From positions 64,001-128,000 of the forward strand of contig CAVZLN010000003.1 of assembly GCA_963776245.1 (NCBI GenBank): a stretch of 64,000 nt of DNA, given 5' to 3'. Both the position numbers and the translations under genes were made by a program. The DNA comes from Candidatus Eiseniibacteriota bacterium (lineage in GTDB: Bacteria; Eisenbacteria; RBG-16-71-46). Positions 39,130 through 50,057 of this stretch are shown here, in pieces. Position 1 is the stretch's first letter. Each line of letters starts with the position of its first letter. Under the pieces are notes generated by a model that saw only the letters and a program-made list of their open reading frames with translations, did no database searches and had not been told where the DNA came from.

Positions 39130-40515
39130 TCACCGCCCCCGGTGCCCTGCCTCCGTGGGCGCCGCCGCGCGCAGGCCTGCGGTCACGGCCTCGAGGTCGA
39201 GCCCGAGCAGCGCGGCGATGTCCTGGGCGATCTCGGTGTTGTCGTGGAGCCCGATGAAGCGCTCGCGCCCGGGACCCGAGGCGTAGAGCCCGACATCGGC
39301 GGCGGTGTGGGAGTTGGTGGCCCAGCCCACCCGCGCGCGGCGGCTGACGATCTCGCCGATGCCCCACTCGAGCGCGCGCCGCTCGGCGATGCCATCGGCG
39401 AGCCACTGGCGCTCGTCGGCGCCCAGGCTGTCCACGCCGGCGTACTCGCGCATCAGCGCCGCGGGGTCCTCCCCGGCGCGCATGCGGCGGGCGATCCAGA
39501 TGGCGGACTTGCGCACCCGCGCCAGCGCCTCCGGCCGCAGGTCATCGAGGCTCTCGTCGCCGATGCGCCGCCCCAGCGTGAGCCCGCCGGTCTCGTGATC
39601 GGAGACCGAGAGCACGAGCGTATGGCCGTCGCGGCGCGCGAAGTCGAGTGCGGCCTGCACCGCGGCGTCGTACTCGAGCACTTCGCGCACCGTGGCCGCC
39701 ACGTCGTTGTCGTGCGCGGCGTGGTCGATGCGACTGCCCTCGATCATCACGAAGAACCCGCGCGGCGCGCGTGCCAGGTGGGCGAGCGCCGCCTCGGTCA
39801 TGTCCCTCAGCGACGGCTGCGCGGTGGAGTCGGCGTCGAGCGCGAAGTCCAGGTGGTCCATCGCGAACAGGCCGAGCAGCGGGCCCGCCCCGGCGCGCGC
39901 GAGACCCTCGCGGTCCACCACCACCTGCACGCCGCGGGCGCGCGCGTCGGCCAGCAGGTCGCGGCCGTCCCGGCGCAGCCCGCCCGCCGCCCGCGGCACG
40001 AAGCGCGATCGCCCGCCGCCCAGCATGACCTCGACGCCGTGGGCCAGCATCTGCTCGGCGATCGCGTCCTCGGAGGTGCGCTGGTCCACGTGCGCGGCGA
40101 ACGCCGCGGGCGTGGCGTGGGTGATGCGGCTGGTGGCGACAAGGCCGGTGGCGAGCCCGCGCGCCGCGGCCCCCTCGAGCAGCGTGCCGAGCGCGCGGTG
40201 GAGCGTGTCCTCGCTGATGCCGCCGTTGTACGTCTTGTGCCCGGTCGCGTACGCGGTGGCGCTGGCCGCCGAGTCGGTGACGCGCGCGTCGCCCGAGCGC
40301 GTGGTGATCGCGCCCACCAGCATGCCGTCGAGCGCCAGCGGATGGCCCGCCACCATGCGCGCGAGCGCGAGGGTCTGGGGCCCGCAGCCATCCGCGATCA
40401 TGAGGATGACGCTGCGCGGCCGCGGCCCGTTCGGCGCGGCCCCGGCGGGCAGCGCGCGCGCCGCGAGCGGAACGGCGACGAACGCGAAGAGGAGGAACGT
40501 GCGAAGGAAGGACAT
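39130..40515 (-). CDS. phoA: Alkaline phosphatase
   Basis: MIADG, TDSAASATA, THATPA, EGSRIDHAAH, DHETGG; signal peptide. Confidence 0.93.
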   Translation of the reverse strand: MSFLRTFLLFAFVAVPLAARALPAGAAPNGPRPRSVILMIADGCGPQTLALARMVAGHPLALDGMLVGAITTRSGDARVTDSAASATAYATGHKTYNGGISEDTLHRALGTLLEGAAARGLATGLVATSRITHATPAAFAAHVDQRTSEDAIAEQMLAHGVEVMLGGGRSRFVPRAAGGLRRDGRDLLADARARGVQVVVDREGLARAGAGPLLGLFAMDHLDFALDADSTAQPSLRDMTEAALAHLARAPRGFFVMIEGSRIDHAAHDNDVAATVREVLEYDAAVQAALDFARRDGHTLVLSVSDHETGGLTLGRRIGDESLDDLRPEALARVRKSAIWIARRMRAGEDPAALMREYAGVDSLGADERQWLADGIAERRALEWGIGEIVSRRARVGWATNSHTAADVGLYASGPGRERFIGLHDNTEIAQDIAALLGLDLEAVTAGLRAAAPTEAGHRGR

Positions 40516-40671
40516 CGAGCGCCTCGGCCTGGCAAGGGAAGGCGCTCAGGATGCGTGAAACCCAAGCTTGGTTCAAGGCGCCGCGGGGGCTCTGTAGGGT
40601 CTCTCAGGCGCCGCGGGCCGAGTGCGCGGTGCGGTGCCGTCCGAGGAGCGGCCGCGCGTCGGGGCGCCGGG

Positions 40672-42759
40672 CTAGAAAGTGGCCCTGACTGGCTCGGTGT
40701 AGATCAGCCCGCGTTCGTAGCGCCCCATCCGCAGGCGGATCCGCGCCGCCAGTGAGTCCTCACCCGCCGCGACCGCGAGTTCCAGCGCCTTCGTGGCACT
40801 CGCGCGCGCCTGGTCGAAGCGCCCCGTCGCCGCTTCGGCCGCCGCGCGGGTGTCGAACGTGTCGGCCTCGCGTTCCGAGGTCAATTCGACGACGCGGTTC
40901 GCGAGCCGCAGCGCCTCCTCCCCGTCGCGCAGCCGGGCATCCGGATGCGTGGCCAGCAGCCAGGCCAGCGTGTTCATCAGCGCCGGCCAATCGGGCTTCA
41001 GCCGCAGGACCTGTCGGAAGCCCTCGATCGCTTCGGCATCGTGACCCCCGGTCTTCAGCAATGCCATGGCCAGGCCCAGCCGCGCACCGACGTGGGCCGG
41101 CGCGAGCGTCGCGGCACGTCGCATCCACTCCAGCGACTCGGCGGTGCGACCCTGCTCGGCGCGCAAGATCCCCAGCTCGACCAGGGACTCGACGTGGTCG
41201 GGCCTGAGGCCGAGCGCGCGCTCGTAGTGCGCCGCGGCGGAGTCGCCTTTCCCGGCCTTGTGAGCCGCCAGGCCGAGCTTGTAGGGAACGTCGGGATTCG
41301 AGGGCGCGAGCACCTCCGCGCGGCGGAGGTACGGGTTCGCCTCGTCCAACCGCCCCAGGAAGATGAGAGCCGTGCCGAGGTTGATCTGGCTGGAGACGAA
41401 GCCCGCGTCCGCGTCGAGCGCGCGACGGAACTCGCCCGCCGCCGCCTCGTAGGACGACTGACGTCCGTAGGCCATGCCCAGCCCGTTGTGCGCCGTCGGC
41501 TCACCCGGTGCGATCGCGACGGCATTGCGCCACAGCGTCACCGAGTCCGTCCATGGCCGCAGCGCGATGCGCGTCGCGCGCGCCTCGGCGACCGACACCA
41601 GAAGCGCGCACGCGGCGATGGCGAACCGTCGCGAGCGGGAAGGCCGCTCCCACAGGACGGTCAGCCCCCACCCCAGGGCCAGCACCGGCCCCAGCGCGGG
41701 CAGGTAGAAATAGCGGTCCCACGCGATGGTCCGGCTCCAGGCCAGGACGCCGAAGGTCGGAGCCAGCGCGAGGAGCATGAACAGCCATCCCACCCATGCC
41801 CCCGGCAGCCGCTTGCGGGCGGCGAACAGGCCTGCCGAGAGTGCGCCCGCGACCAGGCAACTGATGAGCACGGCCGGATTGGAGAGCGAGAATGGATCCG
41901 GCGGCGCGTACACCACCGACAGATTCGCGGGCCAGAGGGCCTTGCCGAGGTAGAACACCGGCAGGTAGCCGATGCGCAGGGCCCACCCGAGAGCCGAGAG
42001 CGGGACGCGCATGATCACGTCGGTGTTGGTCAGGGACAGCACGGAGATGACTCCGGAGACCCCCGCCACCAGGTAGTACGGCCACTTCTCGACGACCGTC
42101 CCGAAGCGCAGCCGCTTCAGGGGCCAGAGGTCGAGGAGCAGCAGCAGGAACGGCAGGCTCGTCACCGAGGGCTTCGACATCAGCGCGAGCACGAACAGTG
42201 CGACTGACGCGGCCAGCCACGCGTGGATCCGGCGGCGGGTGTACTCGACATACGCGATCATCGACGCCACTCCGAACAGGGCGGCGAGCAGCGTCTTGCG
42301 TTCCGAGATCCAGGCCACTGGTTCGACCGTCAGCGGGTGCAGCCCGAAGGCCAGCGCCGCAAGGCCGGCTGGGATTGCCGAGCCGAACAGGCGCCACAGA
42401 AAGAGGAAGATCAGCAGCGTGGTGACGAGATGCAGGGCGAGGCTCGTCCGGTGGAAGATGCGAGGCTGATCCGTGCGGCCGCCCCACGCATGGTCCAGCA
42501 TCAGCGAGGTCATCGACACGGGAAGGTAGTAGCCCGGGACCGTCGAGGGATGCAGGACTTCCGCGAAGAACCGGTGCGCGGAGTCCCAGCTCGGGTTCGT
42601 GACCAGACGGTTGTTGGCGACGAAGCTGACGTCGTCCGCCGAAACCGCCCGAGCCTTGAGCACAGGCCCATGCACCACGGCGATCGAGAGGCCGATCACG
42701 ACCGCTGCCCACCCGACGAGGTGCCAGGATCGGTCGCCGGGAACGCGCCCGCGGGTCAT
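40672..42759 (-). CDS. TMTC-like GT-C membrane protein with C-terminal TPRs
   Basis: DD in first loop, HPLTVEPVAWISERK, ALMSKP, DRYFYLP, multiple TM segments, TPR repeats. Confidence 0.82.
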   Translation of the reverse strand: MTRGRVPGDRSWHLVGWAAVVIGLSIAVVHGPVLKARAVSADDVSFVANNRLVTNPSWDSAHRFFAEVLHPSTVPGYYLPVSMTSLMLDHAWGGRTDQPRIFHRTSLALHLVTTLLIFLFLWRLFGSAIPAGLAALAFGLHPLTVEPVAWISERKTLLAALFGVASMIAYVEYTRRRIHAWLAASVALFVLALMSKPSVTSLPFLLLLLDLWPLKRLRFGTVVEKWPYYLVAGVSGVISVLSLTNTDVIMRVPLSALGWALRIGYLPVFYLGKALWPANLSVVYAPPDPFSLSNPAVLISCLVAGALSAGLFAARKRLPGAWVGWLFMLLALAPTFGVLAWSRTIAWDRYFYLPALGPVLALGWGLTVLWERPSRSRRFAIAACALLVSVAEARATRIALRPWTDSVTLWRNAVAIAPGEPTAHNGLGMAYGRQSSYEAAAGEFRRALDADAGFVSSQINLGTALIFLGRLDEANPYLRRAEVLAPSNPDVPYKLGLAAHKAGKGDSAAAHYERALGLRPDHVESLVELGILRAEQGRTAESLEWMRRAATLAPAHVGARLGLAMALLKTGGHDAEAIEGFRQVLRLKPDWPALMNTLAWLLATHPDARLRDGEEALRLANRVVELTSEREADTFDTRAAAEAATGRFDQARASATKALELAVAAGEDSLAARIRLRMGRYERGLIYTEPVRATF

Positions 42760-43541
42760 CGGTAAAGTGTCTTGACCCGCCCCCACGAGGGCAGCCGCGC
42801 CGGCACCGTCTCGCACGCCGGATTGCCGAACTGCCAGCTCACCTGCGACTCCAGTGAGTAGGGCGAGAGCACGACATCCCCGACGGCCGGCGGCCGGATG
42901 AGGCGCAGGCTCGTCACCACGAGCACGGTGCGCGTGCACCACCCCGCGCAGCCGGTGACACCCGTGGTGTTGACGTGCTTGATCGCGAGCGTGAACCCGT
43001 AGTACTCCGGCCCGGCTTCGACCGTCATGGGCTGGTCGGGCGCCACCTCAGCGGTGAGGACCCACTGCATGCGGGTGGAATCGGCGCCCACCGGCCACTG
43101 CGCCCGCTGCAGCACGAACGGGGTGGTGGTCCACGGGATGAGACACGCCGGGTTGGACGCGAAGGGCTCGAGGTAGAAGTTCGTCCCGACCTTCGCCCCC
43201 GACGGACGGCAGCCACTCGAGGACATCTGCCACCAGGGCTGGATCACGGGAAAGGTCGGTGGCGGTTCGCCGAAGGGATCGGCGACGCCGATGTACCCCA
43301 TGTGCAGGGCGACGATCGTGGCCTCGATCCCGAGCACCTGATCGAACGCCTCGGGCGCGGTGAACGACACCACCAGCACGTCGCTCCCGGTGTCAGTGTC
43401 GCCGGCGAAGTCGCGATTGCCGACTCCGCCGCCGGCCAGGCACTGGTCCCAGCGCAGGAAGACGTCGGCGCGCGCGGCGCCGGGCGGCGCCAACGCGCCG
43501 AGCAGGAGGACGAGAGCAGCGATCGAGCGGCGTGAGATCAT
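42756..43541 (-). CDS. Exported Cys-rich protein with C-terminal WGxxKxLYR motif
   Basis: AAGGAG RBS; signal peptide; ends TVPARLPSWGRVKTLYR. Confidence 0.8.
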   Translation of the reverse strand: MISRRSIAALVLLLGALAPPGAARADVFLRWDQCLAGGGVGNRDFAGDTDTGSDVLVVSFTAPEAFDQVLGIEATIVALHMGYIGVADPFGEPPPTFPVIQPWWQMSSSGCRPSGAKVGTNFYLEPFASNPACLIPWTTTPFVLQRAQWPVGADSTRMQWVLTAEVAPDQPMTVEAGPEYYGFTLAIKHVNTTGVTGCAGWCTRTVLVVTSLRLIRPPAVGDVVLSPYSLESQVSWQFGNPACETVPARLPSWGRVKTLYR

Positions 43542-43737
43542 GGGGTTGCTCTCCTTACGCATCTCCGGGTGCCCCGAGTGTAGCGCCTCGCGCGCGGCCG
43601 GTCAGCGGGCATTCCCGTCCGCGGGCTCCCGTCCAAGGGGACCCCGGCTGCGACCCTGCCGCAGCGGCGGTGGAGTCGCCCCCGGGCCCGAGCCGGCCTA
43701 GACGCAAGCGCCCCCGGCCATTAGGCTCGCGCTTCTC

Positions 43738-45260
43738 ATGATCGCACCGGCCGTCTCCCTGCGCGGCATCAGCCGCCGCTTCGGCCCCGTGTACGCCAAC
43801 CGCGACGTGTCGCTGGACCTCGCCCCGGGCGAGATCCACGCGCTGGTGGGCGAGAACGGGGCCGGCAAGACCACGCTCATGCGCGTGCTCTACGGGCTGC
43901 TCAAGCCCGACGCGGGCACCGTCCAGCTCGACGGGCGCGCGGTGCACATCCCGAGCCCCGCGCACGCCATGCGGCTCGGGCTCGGCATGGTCCACCAGCA
44001 CTTCATGCTGGTGGACACGCTCACGGTGGCGGAGAACGTCACGCTCGGGCGCGAGCCCGCGGGCGCGCTCGGGGTCTACCGGCGCCGCGACGCCGAGCGC
44101 GTGGTGGCCGAACTGGCCGAGCGCCACCGCCTGCCGGTCGATCCGCGCGCGCTGGTGCGCACGCTCCCGGTGGGGACCCAGCAGCGCGTCGAGATCCTCA
44201 AGGCGCTCCACCATGGCGCGCGCGTGCTCATCCTCGACGAGCCCACCGCGGTGCTCACCCCGCACGAGGTGGACGAGTTGTTCGGGGTGCTGCGCGCGCT
44301 CCAGGCCGGGGGCACCACGATCGTGCTCATCACCCACAAGCTGGGCGAGGTGAAGGCGCTGGCGCAGCGCGTCACGGTGATGCGCGGCGGGCGCGTGGTG
44401 GGCGGCGGCGAGGTGGCCGGCCTGTCGGTGGGCGAGATCGCCACGCTCATGGTGGGCAAGCCGATCGCCGAGCTGAAGTCGCGGGACCCGCGCGCGCCGG
44501 GCGAGGTGGCGCTCGCGGTCCGCGACCTCGAGGTGCGCGACCACCGCGGCCTCCCCGCGGTGCGCGGGGTGTCGTTCGACGTGCGCCGCGGCGAGATCGT
44601 GGGGCTCGCGGGGGTCGAGGGCAACGGCCAGCACGAACTCATCGAGTGCCTCGCCGGACTGCGGCCGGCCGCGCGCGGCGCCGTGTCCATCGCCGGGCAC
44701 GCGGTGAGCGGGCGCTCGGCGCGCGAGCACCGCGCCGCGGGGCTCGCCCACATCCCCAGCGACCGGCTGCGCCGCGGGCTGGTGCCCGAGATGACGCTGG
44801 CCGAGAACCTGGCGCTCGGGCTGCAGCGCGACCGCTCGCTCGGCCGCGGGCCGATGCTCGAGCGCGCCGGCCTCGAGCGCCGCGCGCGCCCGCTGCTCGA
44901 GGGCTACGACGTGCGCCCGGCCGATCCGTCCGCGCGCGCCGCCGCGCTCTCGGGCGGCAACCAGCAGAAGCTCATCGCCGCGCGCGAGCTGTCGCGCGCC
45001 GTGCCGGTGGTGATCGCGGCGCATCCCACCCGCGGGGTGGACCTCGGCGCGGTGGCGTTCCTGCACCGCCGCCTGCTCGACGAGCGCGACGCGGGGCGCG
45101 CGGTGCTGCTGGTGTCGAGCGAGCTATCCGAGATCCTGGCGCTCAGCGACCGCGTGCTGGTGATCTACGAGGGGCGCATCGCGCTCGAGACCCGGCCCGC
45201 CGACACCGACGAGCGCTCACTCGGCCTGTGCATGACCGGGCGCGCCGCGGAGTCGCGGGC

Positions 45261-45264
<4 letters not shown>
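43738..45264 (+). CDS. Nucleoside/sugar ABC transporter ATP-binding protein (NupA-like)
   Basis: GENGAGKTT, MVHQHF, LDEPT, LSGGNQQK; tandem ABC domains. Confidence 0.93.
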
Positions 45265-46339
<1,075 letters not shown>

Positions 46340-46340
<1 letters not shown>

Positions 46341-47248
46341 TGGAGCTGCTGCTGTTCGTCGCCGCCATGCTGCGCATCAGCGTGCCCTACACGCTGGCCG
46401 CCACCGGCGCCGCGTTCAGCGAGCGCGGCGGGGTGATCAACATCGGCCTCGAGGGCATCATGCTCAACGGCGCGCTGGCCTACGTGCTGGGCGCGCACTA
46501 CAGCGGCGACCCGTGGCTGGGGCTCGCCGCCGCGGTGCTGGCGGGGGTGCTCACCGCGGCGCTCCACGCGCTCGTGACGGTGGGCTTCCGCGCCGACCAG
46601 ATCACCAGCGGGCTGGGCATCAACCTGCTCGCCATGGGGCTCACCAAGTTCGTGCTCACCGGGGTGTTCCACTCGTCCTCGAACTCGAGCCGCGTGGTCG
46701 GCCTGCCGGAGTGGTCGCTGCTCGGGCTCGAGCGCATCCCGGCGCTCGGCGGGGTGCTCGGCACGCCGCTGGTGGTGGTGACCGTGGCGCTGGTGTTCGC
46801 GGCGCAGTGGGCGGTGTTCCGCTCGGTGTTCGGCCTGCGCCTGCGCAGTTGCGGCGAGCGCCCCGAGGCCGCGGCCACGCTCGGGCTCTCGGTGGCGATG
46901 CTGCGCACCCTCGGCGTGCTGGTGTCGGGCGCGTTCGCCGGGCTCGCGGGCGCGTGGCTCGCCAGCGAGCAGCACAGCTTCACCGACGGGATGACCGGCG
47001 GGCGCGGGTACATCGCCATGGCGGCGATGATCGTCGGCAAGTGGTCGCCGGCGGGCGCCGCCGCGGCCTGCCTGCTGTTCGGCGCCGCGGAGGCGCTCCA
47101 GATCCGCCTCCAGGGCTCGGGGTTCCCCAACGAGCTCTTGCAGATGCTGCCCTATCTCGTCACCATGCTCGCCCTCGCCGGATTCATCGGACGCGCGATC
47201 CCGCCGCGCTCGGTGGGCGTGCCCTACGACCCGGAGCATCACGGATGA
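46340..47248 (+). CDS. Nucleoside ABC permease (NupC-like)
   Basis: SERGGVINIGLEG, GLRLRSCGE.PEAA, GRGYIA, MLPY. Confidence 0.9.
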
Positions 47249-48099
47249 ACGACCGACCGCCGCTCCCCAGCCACGACCTCGACGCCCGCGTCGCCGACGC
47301 GGTGCGCGCCATCCACGCGCGGACGGCGCTGCGCCCGCGCGCCGGGCTCACGCTCGGCTCGGGGCTGGGCGGCGCCATCGACGCGCTCGAGGACGCCACG
47401 GTGCTCGCCACCGCCGACCTGCCCCACTGGCCGCGCTCCACGGTGCACGGCCACACCGGGCGGCTCGGGCTCGGCACCTGGAAGGGCGTGCCGGTGGTGG
47501 CGCTGTCGGGGCGCAGCCACCGGTACGAGGGGTACACGCTCGACCAGGTCACCTTCGCGGTGCGCGTGATGCACGCGCTGGGCGCGCGGACCATGATCTT
47601 CACCAACGCGGTGGGCGCGATGAACCCGGAGTACCTCCCCGGCGACCTGATGGTCGCGACCGGGCACATCAACTTCATCGGCAAGCGCGGCGCGTTCACC
47701 GCCGCCGAGCTGCGCGAGCGCCGCGCCGGGCGCCGGGTGCGCGACTACTACACGCCGGTGCTGCGCGAGCGCCTGGTGGCGGCGGCGGCGCGCGCCGGGC
47801 TGCGGCTGCACCGCGGCACGCTGATGGGCGGGCTGGGGCCCACCTACGAGACCGCGGCCGAGGTGCGCATGGCGGGCTACCTCGGCGCCGACGTGGCGTG
47901 CATGAGCACGGTGCACGAGGTGATGGTGGCGGGCGAGCTGGGATGCGAGGCGGCGAGCCTGTCGTGCATCACCAACAAGGCGACCGGGCTGGCGGTCGAG
48001 CGCCTGACGCACGACGACGTGACCGTGGTCGCGAACCGCGTGGCGGTGGACCTGCGGCACATCCTCGACGAGTACTTCGCGGACATCGCGAAGAGCTGA
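47245..48099 (+). CDS. punA: Purine nucleoside phosphorylase (trimeric type)
   Basis: LGSGLG, STVHGH.G, GR.H.YEG, TNA.G, GPTYET.AE, MSTV.E, ITN. Confidence 0.9.
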   Translation: MNDRPPLPSHDLDARVADAVRAIHARTALRPRAGLTLGSGLGGAIDALEDATVLATADLPHWPRSTVHGHTGRLGLGTWKGVPVVALSGRSHRYEGYTLDQVTFAVRVMHALGARTMIFTNAVGAMNPEYLPGDLMVATGHINFIGKRGAFTAAELRERRAGRRVRDYYTPVLRERLVAAAARAGLRLHRGTLMGGLGPTYETAAEVRMAGYLGADVACMSTVHEVMVAGELGCEAASLSCITNKATGLAVERLTHDDVTVVANRVAVDLRHILDEYFADIAKS

Positions 48100-48135
48100 G
48101 CGCCGCCGGGCGCCGGGCCCCCCGGCGCCGCGCGC

Positions 48136-50032
48136 CTACCGGACCAGCTCGACCCTCTCGACGCGGTCCCCCGGGACGATCCGCCACACCACGTCCAGCC
48201 CCCGGGTGACGCGCGCGAAGATGGTGTACCGGCCGTCGAGGTGCGGCTGCGGCGAGTGGGTGATGAACCACTGGCTGCCGCCGGTGTCCTTGCCCGAGAG
48301 CGCCATGCCCACCATGCCCGGCTCGTAGCGCAGGTGGTTGTACTCGCAGCGGATGGTGTAGCCCGGGCCGCCGGCGCCGGTGCCGGTGGGATCGCCGTCC
48401 TGGATCACGAAGTTGGGCACCACGCGATGGATGACGAGGCCGTCGAAGTAGCCGCGTGCCGCGAGGGCGGCGAAGTTGCGCACGGTCTGCGGCGCCTCGG
48501 CGCCGAAGAACTCCCACTCGATGTCCCCGCGCGCGGTGTGCAGCACCGCGCCGTGCACCGCGGGCGGATCGGCGAAGTCGGCGGCGTACGTGGCGGGCTG
48601 CGCGTTGAAGGCGGGGTGCGCGCGCTCCAGGCTGTCGGCGAAGGCGCGGCCGGCGAGTGAGCGCAGCGCGTCGCGGATCGAGATGCGCGCGTCGGCGTCG
48701 GCGCGGCCCGCCCACGCGGCGTACGCCGCGGTGAGCGCGGGCACGCTGGCGCTGTCGGCGAGCGTGCCGAGCGCCTCGGCGGCGCCCGCCACCGCGAGCA
48801 CGCTGGTGTCGGCGAGCACGGCGCGCAGCGCGGGCGCCGCGCCGCGCGCGCCGAGTGCGCCGAGCGCCTCTTCGGCCGCCATGCGCTCGGCCAGCGGATG
48901 GGACCGGGCGAGGCGCCCGAGCAGCACCGGCGTCACCTCCGGCGCGGGCAGCAGGCCGAGGTTGCGGATCGCCCCGGCGCGCGCCACCGGGTCGGGGTCG
49001 TCGAGCATCCACGCCAGGCCGGCGGAAGACCGCGCGTGGTGGATCAGCAGCGCGCGGGCGCACGCCACGCGCGTGGCGGCGTCGCCGTCGCGGGTGTGCG
49101 CGTCCAGCGAGTCGAACACCGCGGCGCGCGCGGCGCCATCGGCGGCGGCGAGCCAGAAGCGCTCCCCGAGCGCGGTGGCGGCGGTCACGCGCAGGTACGG
49201 GATGCGGGTGCGCCAGCGCCCGCGCGAGCGCCGGCCCGCACGTCGCGCACGTGCTGTCGGCGATCTGCTGGAGCGCGCGCACCGCGTTCACCCGCACGCC
49301 CAGGTCGTCCTCGCTGTCGAGCGTCTCGAGCAGGTAGGCCACGGCATGCGGCGACTTCTGGCGCCCGAGCGTGCGGGCGGCGTAGGCGCGCGCCGTGGGA
49401 TCGGCGTCCTTCAGGTGGAGCGCCACCACCATCACCACGCGCGCGGGTGCGACCACCTTCTCGAGCGCGTAGAGCACCCGCCAGCGCACCCCGGGGTCGG
49501 GGTCGTCGTGACGCTCGAGCAGCGCGCCGACGGCGCTCGAGTCCGCGAGCCGCCACAGCGCCACGGCGGCTTCCCCGCGCAGCCGCGGCGAGTCCGCGGC
49601 GAGGCGCTTCACCACCGCGGGCGTGGCCGCCTGGTCGCCGAGCTTGCCGAGCGCCTCGAGCGCGACCACGGCGAGGTCCTCATCGGCGCCGGCCGCCAGC
49701 CGCTCGAGCCCCGGCCGCGCCGAGCGATGGCCGATCTGCCCGAGCGCGAACGCGGTCTCGGAGCGCACCTCGCGGCTCGAGTCGCCGAGCAGCGGCAGCA
49801 GCGCGGGCACCGTGGTGCTGTCCTGCAGCCGCCCCACCGCGAGCACGGCGCGCGCCCGCACCGCGGCCGACACGTGCCGGAGCGCGCCCTGGAGCGTGGC
49901 GTCCCAGACGCGGCGGTCCTCGGCCAGCGCGATGTCGCGGCGCACCGACCGCTCGTCGTCGGGGATCCGCGGCGCGCCCGCCGCGCGGCCCGCGCCGGCC
50001 GCGAGCGCCAGCACCATCACCAGCGCGCCCAC
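48136..50032 (-). CDS. HEAT-repeat / cyclophilin PPIase fusion, one frameshift near 49200
   Basis: HEAT-like repeats joined to HRVVPNFVIQ.GDP...GMALSGKDTGGSQWFIT...HLDGRYTIF; frame switch at CATCCCGTAC. Confidence 0.85.
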
Positions 50033-50057
50033 CGCCGCGCGCGCGCCGGCGCGCGCC

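Noticed and set aside
40576..40617. 12-bp direct repeat AGGCGCCGCGGG as an insertion scar
   Set aside because: Short GC-rich match plausible by chance; no partner noticed at the far end of the cassette
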